NCBI GenBank assembly: GCA_951406725.2
Contig: OX597828.1
Location: 60,946,001 to 61,010,000 of the forward strand
Origin: Octopus vulgaris
Lineage: Eukaryota
Reading direction: 5' to 3'
Length of the DNA: 64,000 bases
Shown here: positions 1 through 47,883 of the stretch, piece by piece
How positions within the stretch are numbered: position 1 is the first letter of the stretch
How the letters are laid out: the number at the start of each line of letters is the position of its first letter
Notes under the pieces: generated by a model
Told to the model about the DNA's origin: nothing
The model's input: the letters and a program-made list of their open reading frames with translations, nothing else
Database searches by the model: none
Translations under genes and position numbers: made by a program

Positions 1-109
1 ACCCAGATACTTGCCCACTGGACTAGGCATGTATGGTTAGCTCAGTCATCTTCAAAGCCAGGGTCACCCCTTGTCTACAAAAAAACCCCCAAAAAAACAC
101 GAGAAAAAA

Positions 110-660
110 ATGTATTGGACTGTGTGAAAGTGATTTCAATAAGAGATAGGCCAACTTCCAGTATTCTTTTCAGCAGATAGACAAGAAAAACACAAAGCTA
201 GCAAAGGGACCCGAAAGATAGCAATATATCATACACCATCAAACTGAGCATCAAAGACAACTTGACTGTACGTCAATGGTTTGAAAAAGTGCAGAGTTTG
301 TATAGTTGACAGAATATACACCCTTATTAGAACTGCACCAATCTTCTAAACACAAAATCAGAAATTTTTATACGATAAAAATATTTCAAGATTCTGTTAT
401 TGAAAAAGACCATGCCTCCCTCTACTGCAATAGAAATATAGTTGAACACACTTTAGCCTTTGCCCCATAAATTAATCCAACCAGTTATATTGCATAATAC
501 TTAACATTGACAATATTCTTCAGCTAATGGATGGGAAGGACACAACTCTTATCCCTTTTTTTTTTCCTTTCATTTGAGTTTTTAGTCACTTTTTCTCAGA
601 GTAATCAAGTTCTTTTTTAATATGAATGATTGCTGGATCATGCACGATACATTACAATAC
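110..660 (+). mobile_element. Penelope-like element 3' relic (GIY-YIG C-terminal half plus trailer)
   Basis: Degenerate translation (Y)IGLCESDFNKR..NFQYSF...KDSNISYTIK...KKCRVCIVDRI...TNLLNTKSEI resembles PLE endonucleases. A decayed TGA(A)TGA-TTGC..GCA-CGATAC motif lies at about 623-650. Confidence 0.55.
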
Positions 661-797
661 AATCCTGTTTAATTACTGCACTGAGTATGAAACTTTAACA
701 GTTCAAATCACACACACACACCCACATATATATATATCATCTAACTGTTATACAAGTGCATCTTCTCCCTAACTTATGGTCTCTTTGATGACTCAAG

Positions 798-832
<35 letters not shown>

Positions 833-835
833 CGT

Positions 836-1200
836 GATACTCCATCGTTTACAATGCTGAGGGTTCCAGTTGATCCAATCAACGGAACAGCTTGCTGGTG
901 AAATTAACGTGCAAGTGGCTGAGCATTCCACAGACACATGTGCCCTTAATGTAGTTCTCGGGGAGATTCAGCATGACACAGAGTGTAACAAGGCTGGTCC
1001 CTTTGATAAGATGCCAGAAAGAGTGAGAGAAAGTTGTGGTGAAAGAGTACAGCTGGGTTCACCACCACCCCCTGCTGGAGCCTTGTGGAGCTTTAGGTGT
1101 TTTCGCTCAATAAACACTCACAATGCCCAGTCTTGGAATCGAAACCATGATCCAATGACCACGAATCCACTGCCTTAACCACTGGGCCATTGCACCTCCA
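836..1200 (-). mobile_element. tRNA-headed SINE, family B variant
   Basis: Minus-strand head TGGAGGTGCAATGGCCCAGTGGTTAAGG...GGTTTCGATTCC with A/B-box-like motifs. Its 3' part (836-1007) matches 52811-52978. Confidence 0.7.
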
Positions 1201-1214
1201 CAAATAAATATATT

Positions 1215-2424
1215 TTTACTTTTTTTTTTAACCTGTTTCATTTGACTGCGGCCATGCTGGAGCACTGCCTCCAGTTGAGCAAATCGACCCCAGGACTCAT
1301 TCTCTGTAAGCCCAGCACTTATTCCATCGGTCTCTTTTGCCGAACCGCTAAGTGATGGGGACGTAAACACACCAGCATCAGTTGTCAAGCAATGCTAGGG
1401 GGTCAAATACATACACACACATATATACATATCATCATCATCATCGTTTAACGTCCGTTTTCCGCGCTAGCACGGGTTGGACGGTTTCGACCGGGGTCTG
1501 GGGAGCCAGGGGCTGCCCCAGGCTCCAGTCTGGTCTGGCAGTGTTTCTACAGCTGGATGCCCTTCCTAACGCCAACCACTCCGCGAGTGTAGTGGGTGCT
1601 TTTTACGTGCCACCTGCACAGGTGCCAGAGGGGTCTGGCATCGGCCACGGTCAGTTGGTGCTTTTTATGTGCCACCTGCACAGAAGCCAGTCGGGGCGGT
1701 GCTGGCATCGGCCACGTTCGGATGGTGCTTTTTATGTGGGGGGAGGGTGCAGAAATATAGGGGAGCACCAGTGGGGAGGGGTGTTCGGAGAAACGATGAC
1801 AGGTTCTAGACAAGTAGAACGTAGGATATCACGAGAGGGGTAATGCATGGTGAAATAGCGTATTGAAGAGGGGGGTTCGAAGAGTAGACACCTATAATGG
1901 TGGTGGGAGAAGCGACATCCGGTATAGATGGAGCAAAAATGCTCTTAGCAATGGAAGGGGGGAAAGGAAGAGGGAGGAGGGCAGACAATGTAAAAGAGGG
2001 AGAGAGAGAGAAGGGAATAGTGGAACCCCGCGAAAATCGGCCGCCATTTAAAAACCCCTGTATGGAGAAACTTAAATATCTATTCTGTATTTAGCGAGAC
2101 ACGAGGCCGGAAACCGATGGTCAACAATAACTAATAAATTATACAGAATATGCAATACGAGGCGAAGCTGAAAATAATAATAATAATAATAATAATAATA
2201 AACAAATTGTCGACTGGGGATCAAAGGGATAATACTAATACTATATATATATATATATATATATATAAACGACAGGCTTCTTTCAGTTTCCGTCTACCAA
2301 ATCCACTCACAAGGCATTGGTCGGCCCGGGGTTATAGCAGAAGACACTTGCCACGCAGTGGGACTGAACCCGGAACCATGTGGTTGGTTAGCAAGCTACT
2401 TACCACACATCCACTCCTGCGCCT
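1215..2424 (-). mobile_element. tRNA-headed SINE family A, split by nested insertions (tail 1215-1410, head 2268-2424)
   Basis: Both halves match the full copy at 30466-30888 and are separated at the internal microsatellite by about 850 bp of other sequence. Confidence 0.8.
1433..1738 (-). mobile_element. RTE LINE 3' tail fragment ending in (GAT)n
   Basis: Matches the 3' end of the RTE copy at 14028-14330. Similar tails occur at about 5345-5510, 7700-7780 and 17712-17980. Confidence 0.75.
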
Positions 2425-3537
2425 ATGATATATATGTGATATATATATATGTTTATGTATATTTATCTGTGTTTGCGTGTCTCCTTGTCTTGACATCAAG
2501 TGATAGTTGTAAACAAGCATCACTGTCACACAAGTGGTGTCCTTTCTTTTCAATCTCCCAGGGAAGGCATCTGGCTGAAAAAGAAAGATAAATGTTCTCA
2601 CCAAATTCTGATTCCTGCAAGCATGGAAAAGTGAATGTTTCTGGCTCTTTAGTCTTCCTCAATGGAAAATACCGAAGAGAGATAATCCCGGGCAGATACA
2701 AAGCTGTAGCTTTATCTAAAAACAGTCAGCATCAGTGACTAGGGTCCTAAACTGCTCGGTCAGAATAAAAATAGCAGCATCAGCACTAGTGCTGAGATGC
2801 TTGTATTTTAACTTCTGTATTTTAAATTCTGTCAATTTGCAGTTACTGTAGAGAAAACAAAATTCTCTCTTAGATTTAATTAGTATGAAGAAACTTAACC
2901 AAGAGGAGGATATGACAGCTAAAAAGGGGCCTTCTACACAACTACTAGCAAGTACTTATGAGGAAATGGAGAAATTTACCTTTAACTTTAATATTAGTAT
3001 GTTTATAAGCAGTGTGTTTGTGGACATATATAAAACATTTTCTATCCAAAAACATATTGCATAGACATAGTTTTATTTACACCAAGTTTGTTGTTAGGTC
3101 TGTAGTCTTGGAGTGTGTCCTTTTCTATAGTCAAAATGAATCCCCAGCTTAAAGGGGAGTGATCAAGTGAATGACTCACTGCTCTAAACACCACTGAAAA
3201 CAATGGGAAATATAGACTAAGTACAGTTATTATTTCACTTCGTGCTACTTATTAACATTTGAATCAATAAAAGTAAACTTGCAAATATTTTAATGCCATT
3301 TGAAAAGAAACCTTATGAAAACGACTATCATTTCCCATATAAAATACATCTTTCAAATTTCTTTCATCAATTCAATGCCTTGTTTTATTTATTCAATTTC
3401 AGTAAAAAAAAAAATCATTAGATAATTACATATTAAAATAATTATAAAGTATTATAATAGTATGTACAAAGAATATAAAGAAAGATTTTAGTGAACTAGA
3501 ATCAGCATTAAAAGGGTATTCTGCTTTTGTTCAAAGC

Positions 3538-39509
<35,972 letters not shown>

Positions 39510-39628
39510 GGCTTTTAAACGTTTCTTTCAGGTAAAAAATTATAAATTAATGAAGAATTAGAAAATACATGAAGCTAAGCCAACTGCTTACTTGGAAGGA
39601 GTTGTGGCACCAAGTGACGATGACTAAA

Positions 39629-39636
39629 CCGGAAGT
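39629..39636. promoter_or_regulatory. ETS/GABP-type motif CCGGAAGT in the probable CHMP2B core promoter
   Basis: Exact CCGGAAGT 120 bp upstream of the ATG, in unique sequence bounded by a (TATG)n tract. Function is inferred from the motif's association with housekeeping promoters. Confidence 0.5.
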
Positions 39637-39859
39637 TTGCTTCTAACAAGGGAGATAGTCGTATTCTAACTGTATTTCAGATTATTTCCCTTGTTCAGTA
39701 TGTATGTATGTATGTATGTATGTATGTATGTATGTATGTATGATTTTGATTTTGATTTTTCTAGTTTCAGCTAATGAGCTGTGGCCATGCTGGGGCACCG
39801 CCATTTATGTATGTATGTATGTATGTATGTATGTATGTATGTATGTATGCATACATACA

Positions 39860-40420
39860 TATGATTGTGTCAGGTCACTTTCGAGTGCTACTGGTAACAT
39901 GTAACCCAGTACAACCTGTTGCATGGTCGGGTCGTCGGCGACTAAACCGACAACCCCACCAAGCTTGCTTGGTGAGGAGGGTGTTTATTGGACACCCTGC
40001 GGGATGAAAAACAAAACCCGTCAAAGGGCAGAGGAACTCTTGAAAGTCAACGGCCAACCAATAAATGTCTTAAGGCTGTATCATGCGCGGGGACATAGAA
40101 ATAATCGGACTGAATACCCGATCGCGCGGTTAAACCATTGGGAGTGAAGGACTCCTAGCCTTTGTTAGGGCATCCTTCTAGGAGAAGGTAACTCTGGTAA
40201 CTGGGATAACTCCGACAAAAAACCTGCGGCTCAGTGGTTACCGATGATGTTGACTTGTCCTTCTTTTCGGATTATGACTGCTGTTGCTTAGTGAGTGGGA
40301 TTGACTCAGTGCACAGCCTTTCCTCACTTAAAAAAAATCTTCTTGCACAGGCATTGCACAATAACAACATTGATTAAGCTTCGTGCAATGGCCATACTCG
40401 ATAACGAGGGGGCACCACTA
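39860..40420 (+). mobile_element. CpG-rich repeat resembling an RTE 5' UTR or non-autonomous derivative
   Basis: Contains GGGCATCCTTCTAGGAGAAGGTAACTCTG, similar to a motif I recall from RTE 5' UTRs. It lies between (TATG)n tracts and has no credible ORF. Confidence 0.45.
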
Positions 40421-40568
40421 CCATGTATGTATGTATGTATGTATGTATGTATGTATGTATGTATGTATGTATGTATGTATGTATGTATGTATGTATGTCA
40501 TTATTCAGTTTTATTTCAAGATTTCTTGCCAATAGAGAAAGAGTCGATCCTCAGTGGATTTATTCCGT

Positions 40569-41916
40569 GTCGTATTTGAGTAATTTCAACCAATCAACGA
40601 TGGTGTATTCGGTTGAAGAAAGCTACTGCTGTTTGTGATAGTAATCGAAGAGGAACAACTTCCGGGTCATCTCTACTAAATGTCACCACTTTGTTCTATT
40701 CGTATGTTGTGCGAAGACGATACCACCTTTCTAGTCAGCACCGTGCATTCCTTACTCTTTCCCTCTCTTCTACATCATCAACTAGCTACTAGCGAGTGAA
40801 TTTGTTACTACCACTCAATTACCGTATTTTCTGGTGTATAATCCATTATCTGTAATGTAGGTCAAACCCTAAACAAAGGACTGACCTCTCCTTGACCAGT
40901 CGTAGGGCGTCGAGTGTTTCCTCATCAATCATCAAGTGCGGAGATAATTTCCAGCTTGTTTTGACAAGCAAAAGCAGGTGGATTTGGTTTCAAATCTCAT
41001 ACGGGGCAAAGCGAGGTCCCTACAATGGACATTTTGGTATTGCTAGTGAGATTCATTGTGGTGTTGTGCAAGCCTCGCTCGACCTAAGACCCTTGTACGT
41101 GCATTGCTGACTCTTAACATCTTGTATTCTTAACATCTTGTATTCTTAACTATTGAAGTCCAGTGATGATGGGAAGGTGGTGATGAGTACAGGTCTGTCG
41201 GGCTGAATATACGTAGGTGCCGACTTTCACACTGGTGGTTCTTGATACCTAAATACGTCGCTAGTTCATTGATCTGGGGCAGAGGTAATTTTTGGCTGCA
41301 CCAAGGGTGACTGAACAGCACCTTTTAGGGCAACACTGCTCATCAGTAAATCTGCAGGGATGTAAAAAAAGGTGACCCAAACATTGCCTGCCTCTTCCAT
41401 CCATCTGGCTAATGTAGCGCAGCGGGATGATATCTACAGTTCACTCGGATCAACAAAATGCCTAAAAGATCCAGGTTCTGTTCAGTTTGACTCAGATTTT
41501 TTAATCAATTTTTTTTTACTAAAGAGTTTGAAACTTTGTATATTGGTGGAATGTATCATGCAGAACACAGTTTACTTTGAACATTTTTGACAGAATTTGG
41601 TATTTTAGAAGATATTTCGTGTTAAAGTTGTCGTATTTGGGTAAAATCAACCAATCAACGACATGTATTCGGTTGGAGAAAGCTACTGCTGTTTGTGATA
41701 GTAATCGAAGAGGAACAACTTCCAGGTCACCTCTACAAAATGTCATCACACTGTTCTATTCGTATGGTCGAGCTAAGATGATGCCACCTTTATCCTTTCT
41801 TCCTTTCTAGTCAGCACCGTGAATTCCTCTCTTCTACACTATTAACTAGCAACCAGCAAGCGAACTTGTCAGTCACTACAGTTACCGTATTTTCAGGTGT
41901 ATAAGCCGTTATCTGT
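40569..41916 (+). repeat. Diverged direct repeat pair of about 285 bp (40569-40853 and 41630-41916)
   Basis: Long shared blocks, e.g. AGAAAGCTACTGCTGTTTGTGATAGTAATCGAAGAGGAACAACTTCC. Confidence 0.88.
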
Positions 41917-42318
41917 TTTGTTTTACATTCATGTTTTGATAATGGTATTTTTAATTTAATAAAGACTTCTATATTGACGATATTGTGTTATTTTTGTTAG
42001 TTACGGTAGACTGATTTGTGATCACTTCCGGTGCTGATGGAGAAGCAACACCCTGATACAGAAGACAACATTCTGCTTATACTCTTTACTTAACAAGATT
42101 TCCTTACACTTTCTTTCTCACAAGTAGTCACATAAGATGAAACTAAATAACACGCATAATGGGTCATACAAACAATTCGAAGTAATTGCATCTTCTATAT
42201 TGTAACGACTAAAACATAAAATGACCATTTCAACAAGCAAGTAACATTGTTCTTCTTCACTCATTTATTCGGTGCATATTATCTATAACATATGATCGTA
42301 ATACAGTAGGACTTTATC

Positions 42319-42388
<70 letters not shown>

Positions 42389-42389
42389 A

Positions 42390-43110
42390 ATAATATTAGG
42401 GAGTATAACTCCAAACTTACAGGGAAAAATTCAATTTAGTATAAAATCAAATTTCACAATATAAATATATAAAATATAAATTAGAGATAAAACCACTATT
42501 ATGCAATTCAAACAATGATCCGTACATAGCAAATCATAAATAACTAAAATCTATAAATATTAAGAGTGATTGTTTTGTAAAATAGTTTGGTAATTAAATA
42601 TTAGAGTATAGCTAGGTTAAAGATATTCTATAGTTTATTAATGTTTTTTATTAAGCTAAAATATATCTTCATAGATAAATACATTTTTCTGCCTATTTAC
42701 TCTATTTTTTTAACCTTAAATATTTAGCATAATAAATGTATCGTATGAAATTGATCCTAATGTTTTAAGTTTCAAATTCTATAAGAAAAATCATCATTTT
42801 TTAATAAATATTGTTTAACTCTATTTGCTTATTTATTTATCTATTATTGTTAACCTGAAGTTTGACTATAATTTTAAATTGAATTCATTTCGATTAAATT
42901 TAAATTTAATCGTAATTCGAATTTAATTATAGCCATGAAACGTACGTAGATTTTTTTTTACTTATTTTATATTGATTATTCATTTTTATATATTTTGTGA
43001 TCTAGTTATATGTTTTATAAAAATATATTTTATTTGTTATTTATGATTTGTTTTATGTTTATCATTGCTTGAATTGCATAATAGTGGTTTTATCTCTAAT
43101 TTATATTATA
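42390..43110. mobile_element. AT-rich inverted-repeat-bounded non-coding element, probably Penelope-derived
   Basis: 47-bp IR at 42473-42519 / 43061-43107 with 1 mismatch. An internal hairpin and hammerhead-like motif lie at 42852-42952, and a related end at about 38545-38595. Confidence 0.55.
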
Positions 43111-43559
43111 TATTATACACACACACACAAATATACACAAATATACACACAATATATTATACACACACACACACAAATATACACAAATATACAAAGATTA
43201 CGCTGCTATCTACATATCAGTTTCCTTCGCTTCTCTTTTATTTTGTACGTAGCAATATGTAATTATATAACTGCATGTTATATATAAACAAAGAATATAC
43301 TTCTTTTGTTCAGTTTTCATCAAAAGGGTAATAATACTGTGAATAAGATGGGCTCAATTTTTCACTACAGATGAACCTAAATAACATAGCAGAATCCACG
43401 ATAACATTGTGTTTAGTACCGAATGCTAACTGTATTAAAATTCCATCGTAATATGTACATACATGCACACATATATACAGACATAAATACATACATACAT
43501 ACGTACGTACATATATACATAATACATACATACATACATACATACATACATACAAATAC

Positions 43560-43921
43560 AGGCGCATGAGTGGCTGTGTGGTAAGAAGCTTGCTTCTCAA
43601 CCACATGGTTTTGTGTTCAGTCTCACTGCATGGCACCTTGGACAAGTGTCTTCTGTTATAGCCTCGGGCCGACCAAATCCTTGTGAGTGGATTTGGTTGA
43701 CGGAAACTGAAAGAAACCCGTCGTGTGTGTGTATATATATATGTAAATAAATGGAGTTGAACGCGGATGCTATTCAAATTCTTTGAAAGAATTTGAATAG
43801 CATCTGCGTTCAACTTCATTTATTTACTTATACTATACAAATTACTGCACATTAACCCGGAGTTTCTACCTTTGAATAGGTCGCAATATCCTTGTTACTT
43901 GCGTGAATTTTGCTACCCTGG

Positions 43922-43993
<72 letters not shown>

Positions 43994-44224
43994 GATAAAT
44001 ATCTTTATATGTATGTATTTTTGTGTCTGTGTTTGTCCTCCCTCCATCGCTTGACAACCAAGGTTGGTTTGTTTACATACCCGTAATTGAGCGCTTCAGC
44101 AAAAGAGACCAAAGGAATAAGTACTAGACTTACAAAGAATAAGTCCCGGAGTCGATTTGTTCGACTAAAGGTAGTGCTCCAGTATGGCCGTAGTCAAATG
44201 ACTGAAACAAGTAAAGGAATAAAA

Positions 44225-44226
<2 letters not shown>
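43560..44226 (+). mobile_element. SINE family A interrupted in its internal microsatellite
   Basis: Head 43560-43723 and tail about 44020-44226. The insert carries an 85-bp palindrome and (TATC)n. Confidence 0.8.
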
Positions 44227-44297
<71 letters not shown>

Positions 44298-44654
44298 GTA
44301 CAAAGTAAGATAGGGGTTATGAGGGTAGTGTATTTCATTATTTTTATTGTATTATTAATTTGCATATTGATGTATATTGTTTTGTTCGATTTTCATGTTC
44401 CTATTTATATAATTAATAAATAATATGAAATTGTAATATCTGTAAGTTGATGATTGAAATGAATTTGTTCCTCCATTTTCTTTTATATATATATTTATAT
44501 ATATATATATATATATATATAATACAATTTATTGGCGATACTTAAGCAGTAATGTTTCATTGCTTTATAAACGCAAGTTCTCTTAATATAATTGCATTTC
44601 CTCTTATAGCCTTACGTTTTCCATTATTATTAGGTGTGTGTGTGTGTATACATA

Positions 44655-45235
44655 TCAGGTGTTCAGGTCAAATTAGTTTCTCTCCTATTTTCCAGGTGCA
44701 GCTGACTGTATTGGTGAACAATTAATGTGTTGGAGAGCATAAAAATTAAAGTTGTAGTTGAGAAAAAGTTAGCTGACATCGAGAACTGGAAGCCGTCTGA
44801 ATATTGGAAAAGGATTACTTGTATCATGATGATTCACGTCTGGTGTCAAAATACCGACATTGTAGCTTCTGCTCAACGTTTTGAGAACATTGTAAAAAGT
44901 GCAAGACGTGATATGGACAGCCGCAACGGAGAATACGAAACCGTGGCCGACAGAAAGGAACACAGCAGAAAATCTGACTGTGTCTGTACGTTGGCTTTCA
45001 TTTAATAACTGATGAACAGGCCTTAGGCTCAATTCAGACGTGAAACAGCTGGAGACTGGTAAAACCTTGGGTGGGGAGGGTTGCTGGAAGGTCACGTGTG
45101 ACAGCAGAATTCGGTTCCTGGTTAGTCTCGGGAGTAGTTATCAGAGAATTTCTTCACCAGCCTCAATTTCTGACTTCCTAACTCTACCGATTCTAATCTT
45201 ATGGAGTACTATGTATGGGGTGCAGTTGAGTTACT
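44655..45235 (+). mobile_element. maT/DD37D transposon, internally deleted fragment
   Basis: TA-CAGGTGTTC-like left end; MMIHVWCQNTDIVASAQ..; GLRLNSD..; degenerate xLPNSxDxNLMEYYVWG. Confidence 0.65.
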
Positions 45236-45239
45236 GTAA

Positions 45240-47883
45240 AGTCTGTACCATCAAAAGAAGTGTAGGGACTTTGGAATAAAGTTTGGGCAGAATAAAAAAC
45301 ACAAAACGAAAAGGCCCCCTGGATTGATAGAATATCTACAGAACTGGACTCCTTAGAAGAGCAAAAGTGGGAGGGTGTCAAGGGAGAAGATATAAGATCT
45401 GCACTCAGGAGGTCAAGCAAATGGAAGTCTCCAGGAAAGAATAAAATTTCTAACTTCTTGTTGAATGCCTTCCCAGAGAGCCATGAACTGCTAACAGAAC
45501 TTTAAAATGATGTTTTGCAACTCCCTAGTAGGATGCCTCCTTGGCTAGTTAATGGGTTAACATTCCTGCTTCCAAAAAGTAAAGAAACAAATGAACCAAA
45601 AAACTATAGACCCATAACCTGCTTAACAATTATGTATAAAACGCTAACATCTGTCCTGACGGAATATACCTATAGTTTTTTTAATAGACAGCAGCATATT
45701 CCCTAATGAACAGAAAGAATGTAAACGTGGATCTTATGGTTGTAACGATCAGCTACTCATCAATAAGATGATCTTAGAAGATTGCCACAAACGACACAAA
45801 AACTTGTCAATAGCCTGGATAGACTATAAAAAGGCTTTTGATAGCCTACTACATAGCTGGATTAAGAAATGCCTGGAAACGTATAAAATAGCACCTACTC
45901 TGCGAAACTTCTTGTCTGTAAGTATGAGATCATGGAGAACCACACTAACTTTGAACAGTGACAATGAATCTCTAAATGCTGGTGATGTAAAAATTTCATG
46001 TATCATTTTCCAGGGCGACTCACTATCACCACTCCTCTTTTGTTTAGCCTTAATACCTCTCTCAAAATTGCTCAATGACGCGCAGTACGGATATAAAATG
46101 TTTGATAAAAATATAAATTATCTCATTTACATGGATGATTTGAAGCTCTTTGCAAAAAATGACCAACAACTCAAGGGCCTACTAGAGATTGTTAAACAAT
46201 TCAGTGATGACATCAGAATGCAATTTGGCCTCGATAAATGTGAAAAAGCTACCTTTATCAAAGGAAAAATGACAGAAACATCTAACGTTAACCTTGACCA
46301 TAAAAGAGTTAGACCCAGCGGAGAGCTACAAGTACCTAGGGGTAATTGAAGGGGACGGAATAAGGCATTCAGTGATGAAGGAAAGGATCAGGAGAGAATA
46401 TTATTGTAGAGTAAGAGCAATACTCAAGACAGAGCTGAATGCGAGAAACAGAATCGAAGCGATCAATGCTTTAGCCACATCAGTCGTGACTTACAGTTTC
46501 AATATCGTTAACTGGTCAATTACTGAAATATGTAATCTTGACAGAAAAATACGAAAACTGTTGACAACGCATAGAATGCACCACCCTAAGGCAGATATAG
46601 AACGACTTTATCTGCCAAAAAAAGAAGGAGGTCGTGGACTTTTACAACTGGCAATAACAATGAAGATTGCTACAATTGGCCTAGACACCTACCTGAAAAA
46701 AGTCTGAGGACTGGATGTTAAAACTTGTCTCAAAACATGAAAACAAGAAAGCCTCATACTCAGTAACAAAACAGGCAAAGGAATATCTAAGTGAATTCCG
46801 AATACAACCAATTTCGGAATTAGAGATAGACATACAAGAAACAAGCACAGAAAAAGCTAGGCGCATGAAAACCCGTGCCAAAACTGCGGCCTTAGATATT
46901 CTGAATAATAAATGGCAAGAAAAACCTCTCAATGGCAAATACCCAAAGAAAGCGAATAATGCAGATATTGACAAAGCCCTGACCCATCAATGGCTAATGG
47001 CCTCTGGCTTAAAATCTGAAACAGAGGGGTTTATCATAGCAGCTCAAGATCAATGCCTACCAATAAGGAACTACCAGGTCAACATATTAAAGAACGGCAG
47101 TAGCCCAACATGTCGTGTATGTCAACAACAAAATGAAACCATTGACTATGTTGTCTCCAAGTGCAGTCTCCTAGCGCCTACAGAGTATCTCAACAGGCAT
47201 GATAGAGCTGTACAATATATTCACTGGGTAATTTGCAAAAACCTGGATTTGCCCCATGAAAAAAACTGGTGGGAACACAAACCACCTCCAGTGCTTGAAA
47301 ATGACCACATCTCACTCCTCTGGAACTTCACCATTCAAACTGACAGAAAGATAGATGCAAATAGGCCAGACATCATATTGAAAGACTTCAGACAAAAATC
47401 ATGCCTCCTCATTGATATGACTATCCCAATCGATATAAACGTATCTGTCAAGACTTACCAAAAACTGAGCAAATATAAAGACCTTGAAATAGAAATCAGC
47501 AAAATGTGGAACCTGAAGACTAAAACAATACCTGTTGTCATAGGTGCCCTGGGAATGATATCAAAAGGGGCTGATTGCTACCTAACTCAGATACCAGGAA
47601 ACCCCAAAATGGCAGAAATTCAAAAGATAGTGCCCATGGGAACTTCTCATATCCTACGCAAAATACTTTCTATGTAATCTCAAGTTTTAAAGCAAACATA
47701 ATTTTCGTATGGTTTTTTAGACATTCACTAGTACAACACTAAATACAAAACCAAATATATGGCACACTAGGCATAACAACAACATGAACTTCCAACCTGT
47801 TGTCTCTTGAGGTCTCTGGGTGAGACTTGGAGCCAACTTGTACAAATGTAAAGCAAAAGTCAAACATAGAATAATAATAATAA
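45240..47883 (+). mobile_element. R4/Dong-clade non-LTR retrotransposon copy 1 (5'-truncated; RT, CCHC, REL endonuclease; (TAA)n tail)
   Basis: [88 protein letters not shown]; only a few stops and frameshifts. Confidence 0.92.

Noticed and set aside
41112-41150. 16-bp unit repeated about 2.4 times (TCTTAACATCTTGTAT)
   Set aside because: A simple slippage duplication with no spacers. Nothing CRISPR-like occurs in this eukaryotic window.
42037-42093. Short plus-strand ORF MEKQHPDTEDNILLILFT after an ETS motif
   Set aside because: Only 18 codons, no splice donor before the stop and no homology recognised.
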